Notes: generated from the letters alone by a model not told the origin. A stretch of DNA of 59,243 bases from Candidatus Micrarchaeota archaeon (GCA_021791245.1 JAJYWY010000012.1:1-59243); one strand, 5' to 3'; shown: positions 39,792 through 51,400, counted from the first letter of the stretch. Translations and numbers: made by a program.

Positions 39792-41723
39792 TTGGACGAC
39801 ATCAGCGAGAGTAAGACATTGCTAGATAAAGTAGAGGAGATAATGCCTCCCGAGGCAGGCTTCATAAAGGCAGTATACGAGGGCCCGGACATAGCCGTAT
39901 ACGTGAGCAATGCCCCATACCTGTACAATAACGACGGCATAATAAGGAATATCTCCGCATCCATAAAAAAGAAGCTGATAATAAGGAGCGACGCCTCGAA
40001 GCTGCTGGATGCCGAGAAGTCGAAGGAGCTGATAGACAAGATAGTTCCGCCAGAGGCAGGGATGACAAATGTGAGGTTTGTCCCGGATTTTTCCGAAGTG
40101 TGCATAGAAGCGTACAAGCCCGGCCTTGTCATAGGAAAGGGCGGAGTAACTCTGAAGAAGATAGTGGAGGAGACAAGATGGGTGCCGAAAGTCCTAAGGA
40201 CCCCAACAATGAACAGCGACGTAATAAAAGGGGTGAGGCAGCTGATATTCAAGGAGAGCGAATTCAGGAAAAAGTTCCTTACCGCTGTAGGCAAGTCGAT
40301 AAATCAGCCTATAATGAAGAGCGAATGGATAAAGGCCACTGCACTTGGCGGATTCAAGGAAGTGGGAAGGAGCTGCTTGCTCCTGGAAACGAACAAGTCA
40401 AAGATACTTGTCGACTGCGGGCTGAGCCCTGAGCCAAGCGTGAAAGGCGCTGCGGCAAACCAAGAGGAGAACAAGGCGTTTCCATATTTGGACAGCGCAA
40501 ACATATCGATAAATGACATAGATGCCGTCGTCATAACCCATGGGCATATGGACCACATGGGATTCATACCATATCTGTTCAAATTTGGATATGAAGGGCC
40601 CGTATACTGCACTACACCTACAAGGGACATATGCGCCCTCCTTCTATATGATTACATAAAGCTCGTGCAGAGGTCAGGGGGCACGCCTCTCTACGAAGAG
40701 AAAGACGTGAGAAAGATGCTTATGCACATGATAACAAGGGACTACAGGGAAGTAACCAATGTTACCGAGGAGGTGAAGATTACTTTCCACAATGCAGGGC
40801 ATATACTAGGCAGCTCCACTGTGCATTTTCACATAGGCGAAGGTTTGTACAACATGGTGCATACGGGCGACATGAAATACGGGTTCACAAAGCTCTTCGA
40901 TCCTACGGACACAAGGTACCCCAGGATAGATGCCCTTTTCATAGAGAGCACGTACGGAGGCAACAACGACATTACCCCTAACAGAAGCGATGCAGAGATA
41001 AATCTCATGAACTCGATAAAGGAGACAATAGACATCGGCGGAAAAGTGATAATACCCCTGTTCGCGATAGGGAGGAGCCAGGAATTGATGCTTGTGCTTG
41101 AGAATTATCTTGCAGCAAACCCTACATACAAGCTCGACATCCCAATATACCTTGACGGAATGATAATAGAGGCTAGCGCGATACACACCGCATATCCGGA
41201 ATATCTGAAGGAGAGCCTCGAGAGAAGGATATTGAGCAACAACTCCCCGTTCGAGAGCGAGATCTTCGAGATAGCAAAAGGCGAACGCCAGGACATAATC
41301 GACAAGGGCCCTGCAGTCATATTGGCAAGCGGCGGCATGCTTAACGGGGGAGCAAGCGTGGAATATTTTAAGGAGCTTGCGCCTGACCCGAAGAACAAGA
41401 TAATCTTCGTTGGATACAACAGCAGCTCTTCGATGGGAAGGCGGATACAGAACGGTGCTTCCGAAATCGTGCTGCCAGACCAGGACGGAAAGCTCACCCC
41501 AATAGACGTGAAGCTCAAGGTGCAGACTGTGGAAGGATTTTCAGGGCACAGCGACAGGAAGCAGCTCATGAACTTTGTCAGCAACCTTAGGCCTTCGCCG
41601 CACAAGATATTCACTATGCATGGCGAAGAACAGAAATGCGAGGATCTTGCAAGGGCGCTCTCATTCAGGATGCACGTAGAAGCGCGATCCCCAATGAACC
41701 TTGACACGATGCGGTTTAAGTAA
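39792..41723 (+). CDS. fttA: aCPSF1/FttA beta-CASP ribonuclease (KH-KH-MBL)
   Basis: KPGLVIGKGG KH motif, EVGRS, HGHMDH, AGHILGS, GFSGHSD, HGE; conserved psmB neighbour. Confidence 0.95.
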   Translation: MDDISESKTLLDKVEEIMPPEAGFIKAVYEGPDIAVYVSNAPYLYNNDGIIRNISASIKKKLIIRSDASKLLDAEKSKELIDKIVPPEAGMTNVRFVPDFSEVCIEAYKPGLVIGKGGVTLKKIVEETRWVPKVLRTPTMNSDVIKGVRQLIFKESEFRKKFLTAVGKSINQPIMKSEWIKATALGGFKEVGRSCLLLETNKSKILVDCGLSPEPSVKGAAANQEENKAFPYLDSANISINDIDAVVITHGHMDHMGFIPYLFKFGYEGPVYCTTPTRDICALLLYDYIKLVQRSGGTPLYEEKDVRKMLMHMITRDYREVTNVTEEVKITFHNAGHILGSSTVHFHIGEGLYNMVHTGDMKYGFTKLFDPTDTRYPRIDALFIESTYGGNNDITPNRSDAEINLMNSIKETIDIGGKVIIPLFAIGRSQELMLVLENYLAANPTYKLDIPIYLDGMIIEASAIHTAYPEYLKESLERRILSNNSPFESEIFEIAKGERQDIIDKGPAVILASGGMLNGGASVEYFKELAPDPKNKIIFVGYNSSSSMGRRIQNGASEIVLPDQDGKLTPIDVKLKVQTVEGFSGHSDRKQLMNFVSNLRPSPHKIFTMHGEEQKCEDLARALSFRMHVEARSPMNLDTMRFK

Positions 41724-41891
41724 ATATACGAGCATCTTTATGAACCGGTTTTGCATCGGACTCTATGTATATAAAATGGATATGCAGCACCAGGATAAAT
41801 GCCTAGAGCCCTCTTGTTCTCCTTCCAAAGTTTATGCGGATAAGCCTTGCACGCATCCAAAACATAATGGAACAGCAGACGCAATCCGCAT

Positions 41892-43622
41892 TTACTCTTT
41901 TTGGATGACTTCTGTATAGCCATACTTGTCGATTCCTGCCTTGAAATATTTCTTCGAGCATAAAATTAATGAAGTAAGGTCTTCCCGCTCAAGGAAATTT
42001 ATCGCTATTGTTATCAGGTTTGCATTGGCTTCCTTTAGTTTTTTTTGTACTTCTACCATGTCTATCTCGTCTTCCCCATCTGTTATAAGGATTATGTCAA
42101 GCCTGTTTTTTGACTTCACCTTCTGTATTTCCCCACACATATCAATTATTGCATTTGTTATCCTTGTGCCTGCATTGCTGTTAGCAGACACTTTTCCCAT
42201 GTTTGATAAAAATTCCTTTTGCTCATTCTTCTTGCTTCCCCGCATAAGCTTCTGCAGGTTCCATGTTTCGCTGTCAAAAAACATCAAATGGAAGCTCCTC
42301 CTCTCTGATATTGCCTTAATGCACAGTTTAAGCGCAACTACTTTTGCGATGTCAAATCTCGTTGCGCTGCCTTTTTTGTCTTCTAGATAATGCATGCTCA
42401 TGCTTCCAGATTTATCGACAAGCAGGAATAATGGGGCCTTTTCTCCGATAGGGAAATATTTGTCATACTGGGTTAGCGAATCGCTTGCAAATTTTAGCAG
42501 AAATACAATATCCGGATATGCGAACTGGCTTGGTATGGCAAGGCGTATATTGGAACCAACGCCGTATCCGGTTATCGAACCTACTCCAGCTATTTTTTCA
42601 TCGCCTTCATATTTTTCGCCTTCTATCCTCTCAAGTACTTTCATTATGCTGCTGACATTTATGTCCTTGACCATTTCCATTATCTTTTGGAGTTCATCAT
42701 CATATGAGATAGAGTGGCCGGTTCCGGGCTTAGATGCATCTGCACCATGCTTTAATGGATTTCCTTTCTTCGCTTCTCCTTTGTCTCTTTTCCCATTTTC
42801 ATTCATCTCTTCATACTCAATGTCTTTTTTCTTGCCCATCTCCTCCAGGCGCTTAAGTATATTGTCAAGCGCGTTTTTTTCGAAATATGAGCTCTTTTTT
42901 TGTACCCTGCTAAGCAGAGAATCAAGAAGTTTTTTTGCGTTCTCTTTTGTTCTTTCTCTGTTTAAATCTATTCTGTCATTCTTTTCTGCGCCGTCTTCCT
43001 TGCTATTTCCATTCCTGGAATTTTTTTTCTGTGATTCATTTGCATTATAGCTTTTATTATCATCCTGCGATGCTTTTCCATTCTCTTCAGGTCCTATGCT
43101 GCCTGGCTGAGGCTGCCCATATTCGATATTGCTGTCGTCTCTCAACCCGGATTTCTGGCCGCTTTTGCTATTTTTTTTATTTCTTTTCGTATTATCCTGC
43201 ATGCTGCTGCCAGAATCTTGTGCATCATTTTCTAGTTCAAGCAAGGTTTCTATAATATCTGTGGCAAGTTTCTGCGCATGCTCTGAGGATAAATCAGGGT
43301 CTGCCAGCGCCTCACTGTGCATTCTTCTGAACATTTCGCTCTTTTTGATAATTTCTTTTATAAAAGTAGTGTAGATGTTTCCCTCATTTTTTGCAACGTC
43401 TTCGGCTTTTTCATTATCTACCAAGGGTATGGGCAGATACAGGCTTGCAAATATATCGGCAACAAATTCTTTCTTCAATTGCTTGCCGTATTTTTCAGCA
43501 AGTTTTTCATACGCTCTCTCTATCCTGTGCCTGTTGATCCCTTTATCAGCCTCAAACCCCGTGAATATGGATTTAAATCCGTCATTTTCGCCGGGTTTAT
43601 TGAAGAATTGGTTTTCTGTCAT
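41892..43622 (-). CDS. ViaA-like vWA-domain protein
   Basis: C-terminal MIDAS DKSGSM..GT..ITDG; low-complexity N/K/D linker; overlaps the stop of the AAA gene. Confidence 0.85.
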   Translation of the reverse strand: MTENQFFNKPGENDGFKSIFTGFEADKGINRHRIERAYEKLAEKYGKQLKKEFVADIFASLYLPIPLVDNEKAEDVAKNEGNIYTTFIKEIIKKSEMFRRMHSEALADPDLSSEHAQKLATDIIETLLELENDAQDSGSSMQDNTKRNKKNSKSGQKSGLRDDSNIEYGQPQPGSIGPEENGKASQDDNKSYNANESQKKNSRNGNSKEDGAEKNDRIDLNRERTKENAKKLLDSLLSRVQKKSSYFEKNALDNILKRLEEMGKKKDIEYEEMNENGKRDKGEAKKGNPLKHGADASKPGTGHSISYDDELQKIMEMVKDINVSSIMKVLERIEGEKYEGDEKIAGVGSITGYGVGSNIRLAIPSQFAYPDIVFLLKFASDSLTQYDKYFPIGEKAPLFLLVDKSGSMSMHYLEDKKGSATRFDIAKVVALKLCIKAISERRSFHLMFFDSETWNLQKLMRGSKKNEQKEFLSNMGKVSANSNAGTRITNAIIDMCGEIQKVKSKNRLDIILITDGEDEIDMVEVQKKLKEANANLITIAINFLEREDLTSLILCSKKYFKAGIDKYGYTEVIQKE

Positions 43623-44956
43623 TTCTTATTACCATATACGTCGTATTTGTCTTTAAGCGCCCCATTTATCCTCTCTTTCAGCCCTTCAATATAGCCGCGA
43701 TTCTTCTGCACAAGCTCCGTTACTTCCGCATTGCCCAGATTGTCATTTTCCATATCCGAGAGCTTCTTTTCATATGCATCAATATCCTCCAGCCATGCGT
43801 TTAGCTCTTTCTTTTTTGCAGGGTAATTATCCTTCAAAATCTCGCCCTCAACGTTTTCAAAATGGCTGTGCATATAATTCAGCTCCTGTATATACCATTG
43901 CGGAAGCTTAAGCAAGTCATACAGGACGATCTCCGTTTTATAGTATTCTTCTTCATTTGCAGGTACCACATAAAGAAGCACAAGCAGGTCGTCTTTGATT
44001 GCCTTATCCCTTCCGTGCATTATGGCATTCGCCTGCACTGCCTTCAAAAGCTTCCCTCTCCTCCTGTCCGAAATGTGTACATGCCTCATTTCAAGCTCCT
44101 CCTCTATCTCAAGGAGCTTGTCATACACTTCAGAATAATCTACTTCCCCTGAGAGCGAAAAGAGCTTTTTCATATCTTCAAGGGTAGCAATGCCTCTTTT
44201 GTTGGCATAGCCTGCACCATGCTCTTTCCGTATAGTTATATCCTGGAGATCCTTCCACTTGTCCTTTCCTACAGGCTTTATAAAATGCCTGAAAAGTATT
44301 CTGTCGTAAAACGCATTTATGTTAGGGTCTTCCGGAACTACGTTGGTCGCTGCTATCACAGTATGCAGCGGTGCTTTGCCTTCCGGATTCTTTCGCGGAT
44401 CGTAACACCCTTTTTTCAGTTTTCTCTCGTTCAGTACTTCCAATACCGTATGCAGCAATGATTTATGTGCATTGAATACCTCATCAAGGAATGCGATCTC
44501 TGCTTCTGGGAGCATGTTGCTGGTCTCATACTTTCGCCTCCCTTTCTTCAATTCCTTTATATTTATGTCTCCCCACAATTCCTCAGCGGACATCTGCTCG
44601 TGCAACTGGTGCTTGTAAAATTTGGCGATTAGAAGCTCCGAAGCCTTCTGCGCAAGCTCGCTTTTGGCTGTACCAGGCTCTCCTACGAATATTACATGCT
44701 CTTTCATTATTAATGAGAGTACGATCAGCGCGGCTTCGGTCTCCCTCTCTATTAGATTCATGGAGAGTTCGGAGACGAGCATCTTTGGAATATTCAGCAG
44801 CCGCTTTCGTTCTTCATCAGAGAATGAGCTGCTATCCCTAAGAAGGTGCCAGAACTCTTCTTTCGCATGCTCTCCTTCATTGCACTTATTTCCGCTTTTT
44901 TTGTCTTCTGTAATATTACTAAATGCATTTATACCCGGTTTCGGCTTCTCCAACAT
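43619..44956 (-). CDS. RavA-like MoxR-family AAA+ ATPase
   Basis: LIERETE, GEPGTAKS, AFLDEVFNA, AATN, FYDRILFR, ISDRR. Confidence 0.9.
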   Translation of the reverse strand: MLEKPKPGINAFSNITEDKKSGNKCNEGEHAKEEFWHLLRDSSSFSDEERKRLLNIPKMLVSELSMNLIERETEAALIVLSLIMKEHVIFVGEPGTAKSELAQKASELLIAKFYKHQLHEQMSAEELWGDINIKELKKGRRKYETSNMLPEAEIAFLDEVFNAHKSLLHTVLEVLNERKLKKGCYDPRKNPEGKAPLHTVIAATNVVPEDPNINAFYDRILFRHFIKPVGKDKWKDLQDITIRKEHGAGYANKRGIATLEDMKKLFSLSGEVDYSEVYDKLLEIEEELEMRHVHISDRRRGKLLKAVQANAIMHGRDKAIKDDLLVLLYVVPANEEEYYKTEIVLYDLLKLPQWYIQELNYMHSHFENVEGEILKDNYPAKKKELNAWLEDIDAYEKKLSDMENDNLGNAEVTELVQKNRGYIEGLKERINGALKDKYDVYGNKK

Positions 44957-45022
44957 TAAATATCTAGAGAAAATCTGATGCAATGTATTTAATGTTTTAC
45001 TACAACAAGATTTTGCACATAT

Positions 45023-46321
45023 CTACGGGGTGACCCTTGTCCTGTCCCTTGGAAACATCGAGCATTCCCTTATGTTTGGCATATTGGTAAGCTTCATTGT
45101 CATCCTTTCCAGGCCTATACTCCACCCCGCATGTGGCGGCGCCCCGTTCCTGAACGCATTTATATAAAATTCAAATTCGTCAGGGTTAATGCCTCTGCCT
45201 TTTAGCGCATCCATGAGCATAGACGGAATATGTATCCTCTGCGCCCCGCTGCTTATCTCGAGCCCTTTGTACAGGAGGTCAAAGCTATTGCATACTTCCT
45301 CGTCTCCCTCCTTCGGCATGCTGTAGAAGGCCCTTGCCGCAGTCGGATATTCCTTTACCATGAGAATATCCCCGTAAATCCTGCAAAGCTCCTCCTCATC
45401 CTTCCTGTTAAGGTCGTCTCCGAACTTCAGCTGTTCATTTTCCTTTGCAAGTGCGTCTATCGCTTCCCTGTACGTTATCTCCTTTATAGAATCAGGATCG
45501 GCTCTCTGCAGCTTTACCGAGAGCTGCTCCAAGTCGTTGCCATTCCATTTTATGACGTTGTTTATAATGCCTGCGGCAACCTTTTTAAGCATGCGTATAG
45601 CGTCAGTGTGGTCTGCGAATCCCATCTCTATATCCATCTGCGTAGACTCGTTGAGATGGTAAACAGTATTGTGCTTTTCTGCGCGCATGGCCTTAGTAAT
45701 CATGAATATCCTGTCCATGCCCCCTATCACTGCAAGCTGCTTATAGAGCTGCGGAGATTGCGTGAGATATGCCTTCTTCTCGAAGTATTTCACCTCGAAT
45801 AAGTCTGTGCCCCCTTCAGTCGCTGCCTCCACTATGATGGGCGTCACTATCTCCTGGAAGCCCTCCAGCTGCAGCGTCTCCCTAAAGCTCCTTAGTATCG
45901 ACGATTGTATGTTGAAGATGGATTTGGACTCGAGCCTTCTCAGGTCTATGTGCCTGTGGTCAAGCCTTACGTCTATCTCCGCAGGCACCTTTCCAGTAAC
46001 CTCGAATGGAATCTCTGAAGACAGCGGGTTCAGGTTGGTTATCCCTGCAGGCACTATCTCGAAGCCGTTCTTTGCTTCTTTGTTTGCTTTCACCTTTCCC
46101 TTTACAAGGACTACGCTCTCTTTTGGCAGATTCATCTCTGACATTATGGCGTCGTCTACGATCCCTTTTTTGGCGGTAATCTGCACTATGCCTGAATGGT
46201 CCCTAACGAGCATAAACGCTATCTTGCCCATGTTTCTCAGTTCGTGTACCCATCCAGCTACAACTACCTCCTTTCCGTCATCCTGCGCCGAGAGCTGATT
46301 GGCGTAATGGGTGCGCATCAT
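45023..46321 (-). CDS. aspS: Aspartyl-tRNA synthetase (archaeal type)
   Basis: MRTHY, OB fold, ATEGG, QSPQLYKQ, SGAQR, GAPPHAG, FPRD. Confidence 0.96.
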   Translation of the reverse strand: MMRTHYANQLSAQDDGKEVVVAGWVHELRNMGKIAFMLVRDHSGIVQITAKKGIVDDAIMSEMNLPKESVVLVKGKVKANKEAKNGFEIVPAGITNLNPLSSEIPFEVTGKVPAEIDVRLDHRHIDLRRLESKSIFNIQSSILRSFRETLQLEGFQEIVTPIIVEAATEGGTDLFEVKYFEKKAYLTQSPQLYKQLAVIGGMDRIFMITKAMRAEKHNTVYHLNESTQMDIEMGFADHTDAIRMLKKVAAGIINNVIKWNGNDLEQLSVKLQRADPDSIKEITYREAIDALAKENEQLKFGDDLNRKDEEELCRIYGDILMVKEYPTAARAFYSMPKEGDEEVCNSFDLLYKGLEISSGAQRIHIPSMLMDALKGRGINPDEFEFYINAFRNGAPPHAGWSIGLERMTMKLTNMPNIRECSMFPRDRTRVTP

Positions 46322-46384
46322 AAAATCAGGTATATCTTTGCTAAAAGGTTTAATATTTATTGCGTTAATCCTTATCTGGATTCA

Positions 46385-47467
46385 ATGGATGTTGAGACGA
46401 AGATGGAACTGGTGAAGAGCTTTGCGGAAGAGATAATAACGGAGGATGAGCTGCGCAATCTCTTCGAGACGAACAGCCATCCAGTTGCATATGACGGATT
46501 TGAGCCTTCCGGCCTTGCGCCAATGCACTTTGCCCTGCTAAGGGCCAAGAACATACACAAGATGCTTAAGGCAGGGATAAAATTCAAGCTCTACCTGGCA
46601 GACTATTTTGCAATGATAAACAACAAGCTCGAAGGGAATCTTGACAGCATAAAGGCCACTTCCGATTATTTTGTCGAGGTGTGGAAAGCCTGTGGAATAG
46701 ACTCAAGCAAGGTGGAATATGTTAAGGCAAGCGAGCTTCTAGACAACCTGGACTACTGGACAAGGGTGCTGAAGGTTGGAAAAGCAGTAACCCTTGACAG
46801 GATAAAGAGGGCAGTAACAATAATGGGAAGAAGGGAGGGAGAAGCGATAAGCGCAGGCCAGCTCTTCTACCCTGCAATGCAGGTAGCGGACATATTCGAG
46901 ATGGACATAGACATATGCCAGCTTGGAATAGACCAAAGAAAGGCGAACATGCTTGCAAGGGAGGTTTCGGAGAAGTACGGATGGAAGAAGCCAATAGCAG
47001 TGCATCATGCGCTTATGCTAGGCCTGAAAGGCATGCCAAAAGAGGCAAAGCTCATGGAAAAGGACGAAGCTTTCCAATACAAGATGTCAAAGTCTGATCC
47101 TGGCAGCGCAATCTTCGTCCACGACTCTTACGACGAGATAAAGAGGAAGATAGCCGGAGCATATTGCCCTGAGAAAATTGTAGAGGGAAATCCCATGTTC
47201 AATTACATTGAGCATCTTATCATAGAAGGCAGGCACTCGCAGATAAGGATAGACAGGCCGCAGAAATTCGGCGGGGCTCTAGATGTCGACAGCTACGATG
47301 AGCTTGTAAGGATTTACAAGGAAGGCAGACTCCATCCCATGGACCTAAAGGCTTATGTGGCTGCAGAGCTTGAGAGTATGATAAAGCCGATAAGGGAGCA
47401 TTTTGAAAGCAACGCGGCCGCAAGGGAGCTTTATGAGAGGGTAAAGGGATTCTCTGTTACAAGATGA
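46385..47467 (+). CDS. tyrS: Tyrosyl-tRNA synthetase
   Basis: AYDGFEPSG, YPAMQVAD, GIDQRK, KMSKS, HPMDLK. Start 46385 inferred. Confidence 0.95.
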   Translation: MDVETKMELVKSFAEEIITEDELRNLFETNSHPVAYDGFEPSGLAPMHFALLRAKNIHKMLKAGIKFKLYLADYFAMINNKLEGNLDSIKATSDYFVEVWKACGIDSSKVEYVKASELLDNLDYWTRVLKVGKAVTLDRIKRAVTIMGRREGEAISAGQLFYPAMQVADIFEMDIDICQLGIDQRKANMLAREVSEKYGWKKPIAVHHALMLGLKGMPKEAKLMEKDEAFQYKMSKSDPGSAIFVHDSYDEIKRKIAGAYCPEKIVEGNPMFNYIEHLIIEGRHSQIRIDRPQKFGGALDVDSYDELVRIYKEGRLHPMDLKAYVAAELESMIKPIREHFESNAAARELYERVKGFSVTR

Positions 47468-47470
47468 TCG

Positions 47471-47827
47471 CTAACTCAGCCCTATGAGCACAACCCCTAT
47501 AAATATCACGATTACGCCTATCCATCTTGTCAATGACACTGTTTCCCCTATCACAACAGAGGCGAATACAGTGGCGAAGAGATAGCTCAAGCCCCCGAAG
47601 CCATACGCCCAGCTGAGGTGCGACCTCCCAAGTATGTAGAAATAGAGTACAGTAGATATCACGTATGCAATAAACCCTGCTGCGATAAATGCCACGAGCA
47701 TGCCAAGGCTAGAGGACAGCCCGAGCTTGAAGAGAAGCTGGCCTACTGCGCCCAGGAAAGCGCTTATTACGAGAATAGTTGCGAAAAGCATTTTTCCGTC
47801 TTTCATGAAATCGTGACCTCCTCCCAT
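47471..47827 (-). CDS. SMR/EamA (ArnE/F-like) 4-TM transporter
   Basis: GQLLFKLG, LSWAY, GETVSLTRWIG. Start may be 47806. Confidence 0.82.
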   Translation of the reverse strand: MGGGHDFMKDGKMLFATILVISAFLGAVGQLLFKLGLSSSLGMLVAFIAAGFIAYVISTVLYFYILGRSHLSWAYGFGGLSYLFATVFASVVIGETVSLTRWIGVIVIFIGVVLIGLS

Positions 47828-47912
47828 TCGTAAACGGTGTGGGCTTCCTCAGCGACCTGAGAAAGTCAAATTGAAACGCAACGAATGATTAACATGGACC
47901 GAAAAAGTTTAT

Positions 47913-48210
47913 AAATTCATAGCGGGAAAACTCCTATCTTTTAGATAGGGATGAAAGCGAAGAATGTGGAAACAAAAAATGCAAGCATAAACATACTCGA
48001 TAGAGCTTTGAACTCTGCGAGTTCAAATTTTGACAGCAAAACTGTCAAAGCTACCGAAGGACATTCGGGAAGTCAAGCCTGTGGAGACAATGTAAGACCT
48101 TCCGCAAGGAAGGCGGTTGCCGAAGAAACAGGAACTATACGGGTGGCAGCATGACGACCAATCATAGCCACTCTGAAAACTCCCAACCTTTAGCTGGGAG
48201 AGGATGTCAC
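47913..48210 (+). mobile_element. Non-autonomous miniature IS200/IS605 element (left end plus omegaRNA region only)
   Basis: Left ~60 nt and right ~233 nt nearly identical to the ends of 55552-56509; both subterminal hairpins present; ends in TCAC. Confidence 0.9.
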
Positions 48211-48446
48211 TAGGAAAAATAGAAAAGGAAACTTCAGGATTTGCAGGCCATCACATGTCAAAATGCAGACCATCGCGCAAAACAGCGGAATTAGTCTTCC
48301 GTCGTAACGCTTCGTTGATTGTGGAAGGGCACTTCTTTTATATGCTATTAATAAAATATTTTTTGTATAAAAAACATTAAACATAACTAGGGTATTTAAA
48401 TACTTTACACTTTCCAATACTCTTGAAAATGTATTTAAGTGATAGA

Positions 48447-51400
48447 ATGAAAAGTCTGAACGCAAAAAGAATCGCCGCGTTAGCGGCCAGTTTGGCTTTG
48501 GGAATTGCTGTAGCAGGACCTGTATCCTTTAGCAATATTCCAATAATTAACAGCGCTGGACAACCAGTAGTCCAGATAGTGGTTGGTTCCACAGCACAGC
48601 CTAGCGACGGAGTCGTTGCTGCGAACATAGCTGCTGTAATAGGAAACCTTGCATTCACGTCAACCCCTGTAACCGCAACAGTGCAGGGAACGAGCGGGCT
48701 TGGATGCGCTGCGACAGCCGCGTCATGCTCTCTCTCGAACCAGCAGGTATACCTTTCCGAGAAGGGATCTGTGACATCAAGCGGAAGCTTCAGCATAAAG
48801 GCGCTCATAGGCTCAGTGCTTAATGGAGGTGCGCTCAACTACCAGAACCTTGCAAACACAAAGAGTTTGACAAGCGGAAGCAGCAGCCAATATGTATATC
48901 CGGAGTATTCATCTTCTCCATTTAATATAACATATTCTCCAACAGCAGTATCAGTATACTCTGGAATAGGTCTTGGAGCAACAGGAACCGTAACAGCAAA
49001 TTCAAATGGCGGTGGAGTTTCGTTCAGCAGCTTGTCCCAGACATCAGGAGGATTGTCATACGACAATATAATGAGAATAGGAAGCTCACAGCTGCCTTCT
49101 CTTATGTCCTCTTCAGGAACACACTCAGAATCTGAATACATATGGATTGGTGGATTCCCTGTATATAACCAGAAAATTGGCTCATTCGAGCTTGTAAGCC
49201 CTGTTGAAGCATACCAGGTTCAGTTCGGCAACCCTCTGCAGGTAAACAACAGCAAAGGGCAGGTACAGCACCCATCATTCTTATTGTTGGGACAGAACTG
49301 GACTGTCAACAGCTACACACTGCCTAGCGTAGGATCCGAGCATCTTTCAACAGACAACTATACTGTTGGCGGAAAGCTTGTACTAGCTAAGTCTAGCACT
49401 CCTCTGAAGACAATATATGTAGGGCAGAACCTTACATCAGGTCCTTTCAAGGTCGTGCTTCAGGACTTGTCATATCCTGACAGCTCAGGAACGAGCAGCG
49501 CTTCAGTCGGAGTATACAATAACGGAGTACTTACAAACGAGACTTCGATATACCCTGGAAACACTATAACCGTAAACTCTTCAGGAACGCTCCTTTACGT
49601 TTACGTAAAGACTACATTCCCTGGATTGTACAGCTACCAGAAGTGGGCTGACATGCAGTTGTATTCACAGATATACAACATAACGTCAGGAAAACTCTTC
49701 AACCAGAGCGACCCTAACTGGAAGGCTGCATTGCAGTGGACTGTGAACCAGACATCAGTAGGAGGTTCGCAATTCGCGCCTAACGCAGAACTTGAGGGAA
49801 TAGTCCTATACAGCAACATGTCTAAGGCTACAACGCTCTCTCCAGGAGGATCTATTAATATAATAGACAATCCTGCGGCATGGAAGCTGACATTCGCTGG
49901 AGACTCTCTTGGAAATCCAGGAGCTGGAAACACGAACTATGATCCTGTTTCATTCTCTACAAGCGCAACATCAAGCCTTGTACAGTATGCAAACGCGGGT
50001 GGTTCAGACTCGGCTTCAGTGACATCCAACGGATTCGCTGCAAACGGTGAAGTCACGGGAGCGTTAGGGACAATAGGAAACTTTCTTCCTGATGAGTCTA
50101 TACCAAACGTCGGCAACGTTCTTAACGACTCATATGTGAGTGAGCCTGAGAGCCTGCTTACAGTATCAAGCTCTTCAGGAACAGCATTCTCTATAAACCC
50201 CCAGGATGGATCTACGTCGCCTAGCGCATCAACAGGGACTGTAAACTATAACCTGGACGCGTATGAGTATATACCTAAGAACGTTATAGCGCAGAACTCC
50301 AACAGCATAGCTACAATGCCAAATTCTGGAATGGCAATACAGCTATACTCTCTTAGTGGTGGTTCCAGCTCACAGGTATTGAACCCTAACTGGGTGGACA
50401 GCAGCCACAGCCTTACTGTAACAATAACAGGTTACAAAATGGGCCAGACTTCAAAGAGCAGCCCTCAGGTAACGTTCAATCCTTCTGGAGGATTGCCAAG
50501 TGCAAGCAGCACTGTAGGCTTGTTTGCAGGAGGAGCCAACCAGATCCTTTCAGGATGGCTCTTCAACAACGTAACAGACATAAAGCTTAGCGAGGCATTG
50601 CCTTCTCCAGGAGTACAGGTCAACGTATACGAAACGTCGAATGTTCTGAGTGACAATGGTATGAACTCTCAAAATTCCATACTTATGGGAGAGCTTATAT
50701 ATAGAGGCCCTACCATAAATTATATGGTAAATCAGTATCCATACCAGATAGCTACGACAGCGACAAGCGCAAACGTTCTGTATTCTGTAGGAACAGAGTC
50801 CAATATGCACTTCCAGCTATACACGAGCTCCATTCCATCTGACACTGCACAGAGGGCAACGTACTTTACGTACAACGTGCCTGAAGTGACAGAGCCTAGC
50901 CAGACATCATCTGCTGGTGCGAACATAACGTTCGACATAACAAACCAGTCCACACTTACTACAGGATACTGGCTTAACCAGACAAATGGTAATGGCAACT
51001 CTGTAAACTACTATGGCAGCGGTGCAACAAGTACGCAGGCTCAGCAGGGCTTCAGGACAGAGAGGGGCAGCGAGATAGGCTCAATCTCAACGACTGGATT
51101 GACGCTTGATCTTGCGGAATCTGTAGACACTTTGCAGTTCTTCGTAGGACCTCAGAGCTCTACAGTCTCATCGTCTGTGGCTACATATGGTCCATACAAG
51201 GTAGGCCAGGCTACGAACATAGCAAACGTCTCGATCGCTTCAGTAAACGCATCGTGTGCACTTGCATCTACGCCTAGCAGCTGCTCTGTATCCGGTGTTG
51301 CTAACCTGACTGCAGTGCCTTCAGTGACGCAGGCTGTAACTCCTGTGAAGCTGGACACAAGCACAACGCCTCTTGCAGTACTTGACAGCAACGCGAACAA

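Noticed and set aside
47951-48154. 67-aa ORF in the miniature element
   Set aside because: A by-product of the deletion joining the left end to the TnpB tail; no evidence of function.
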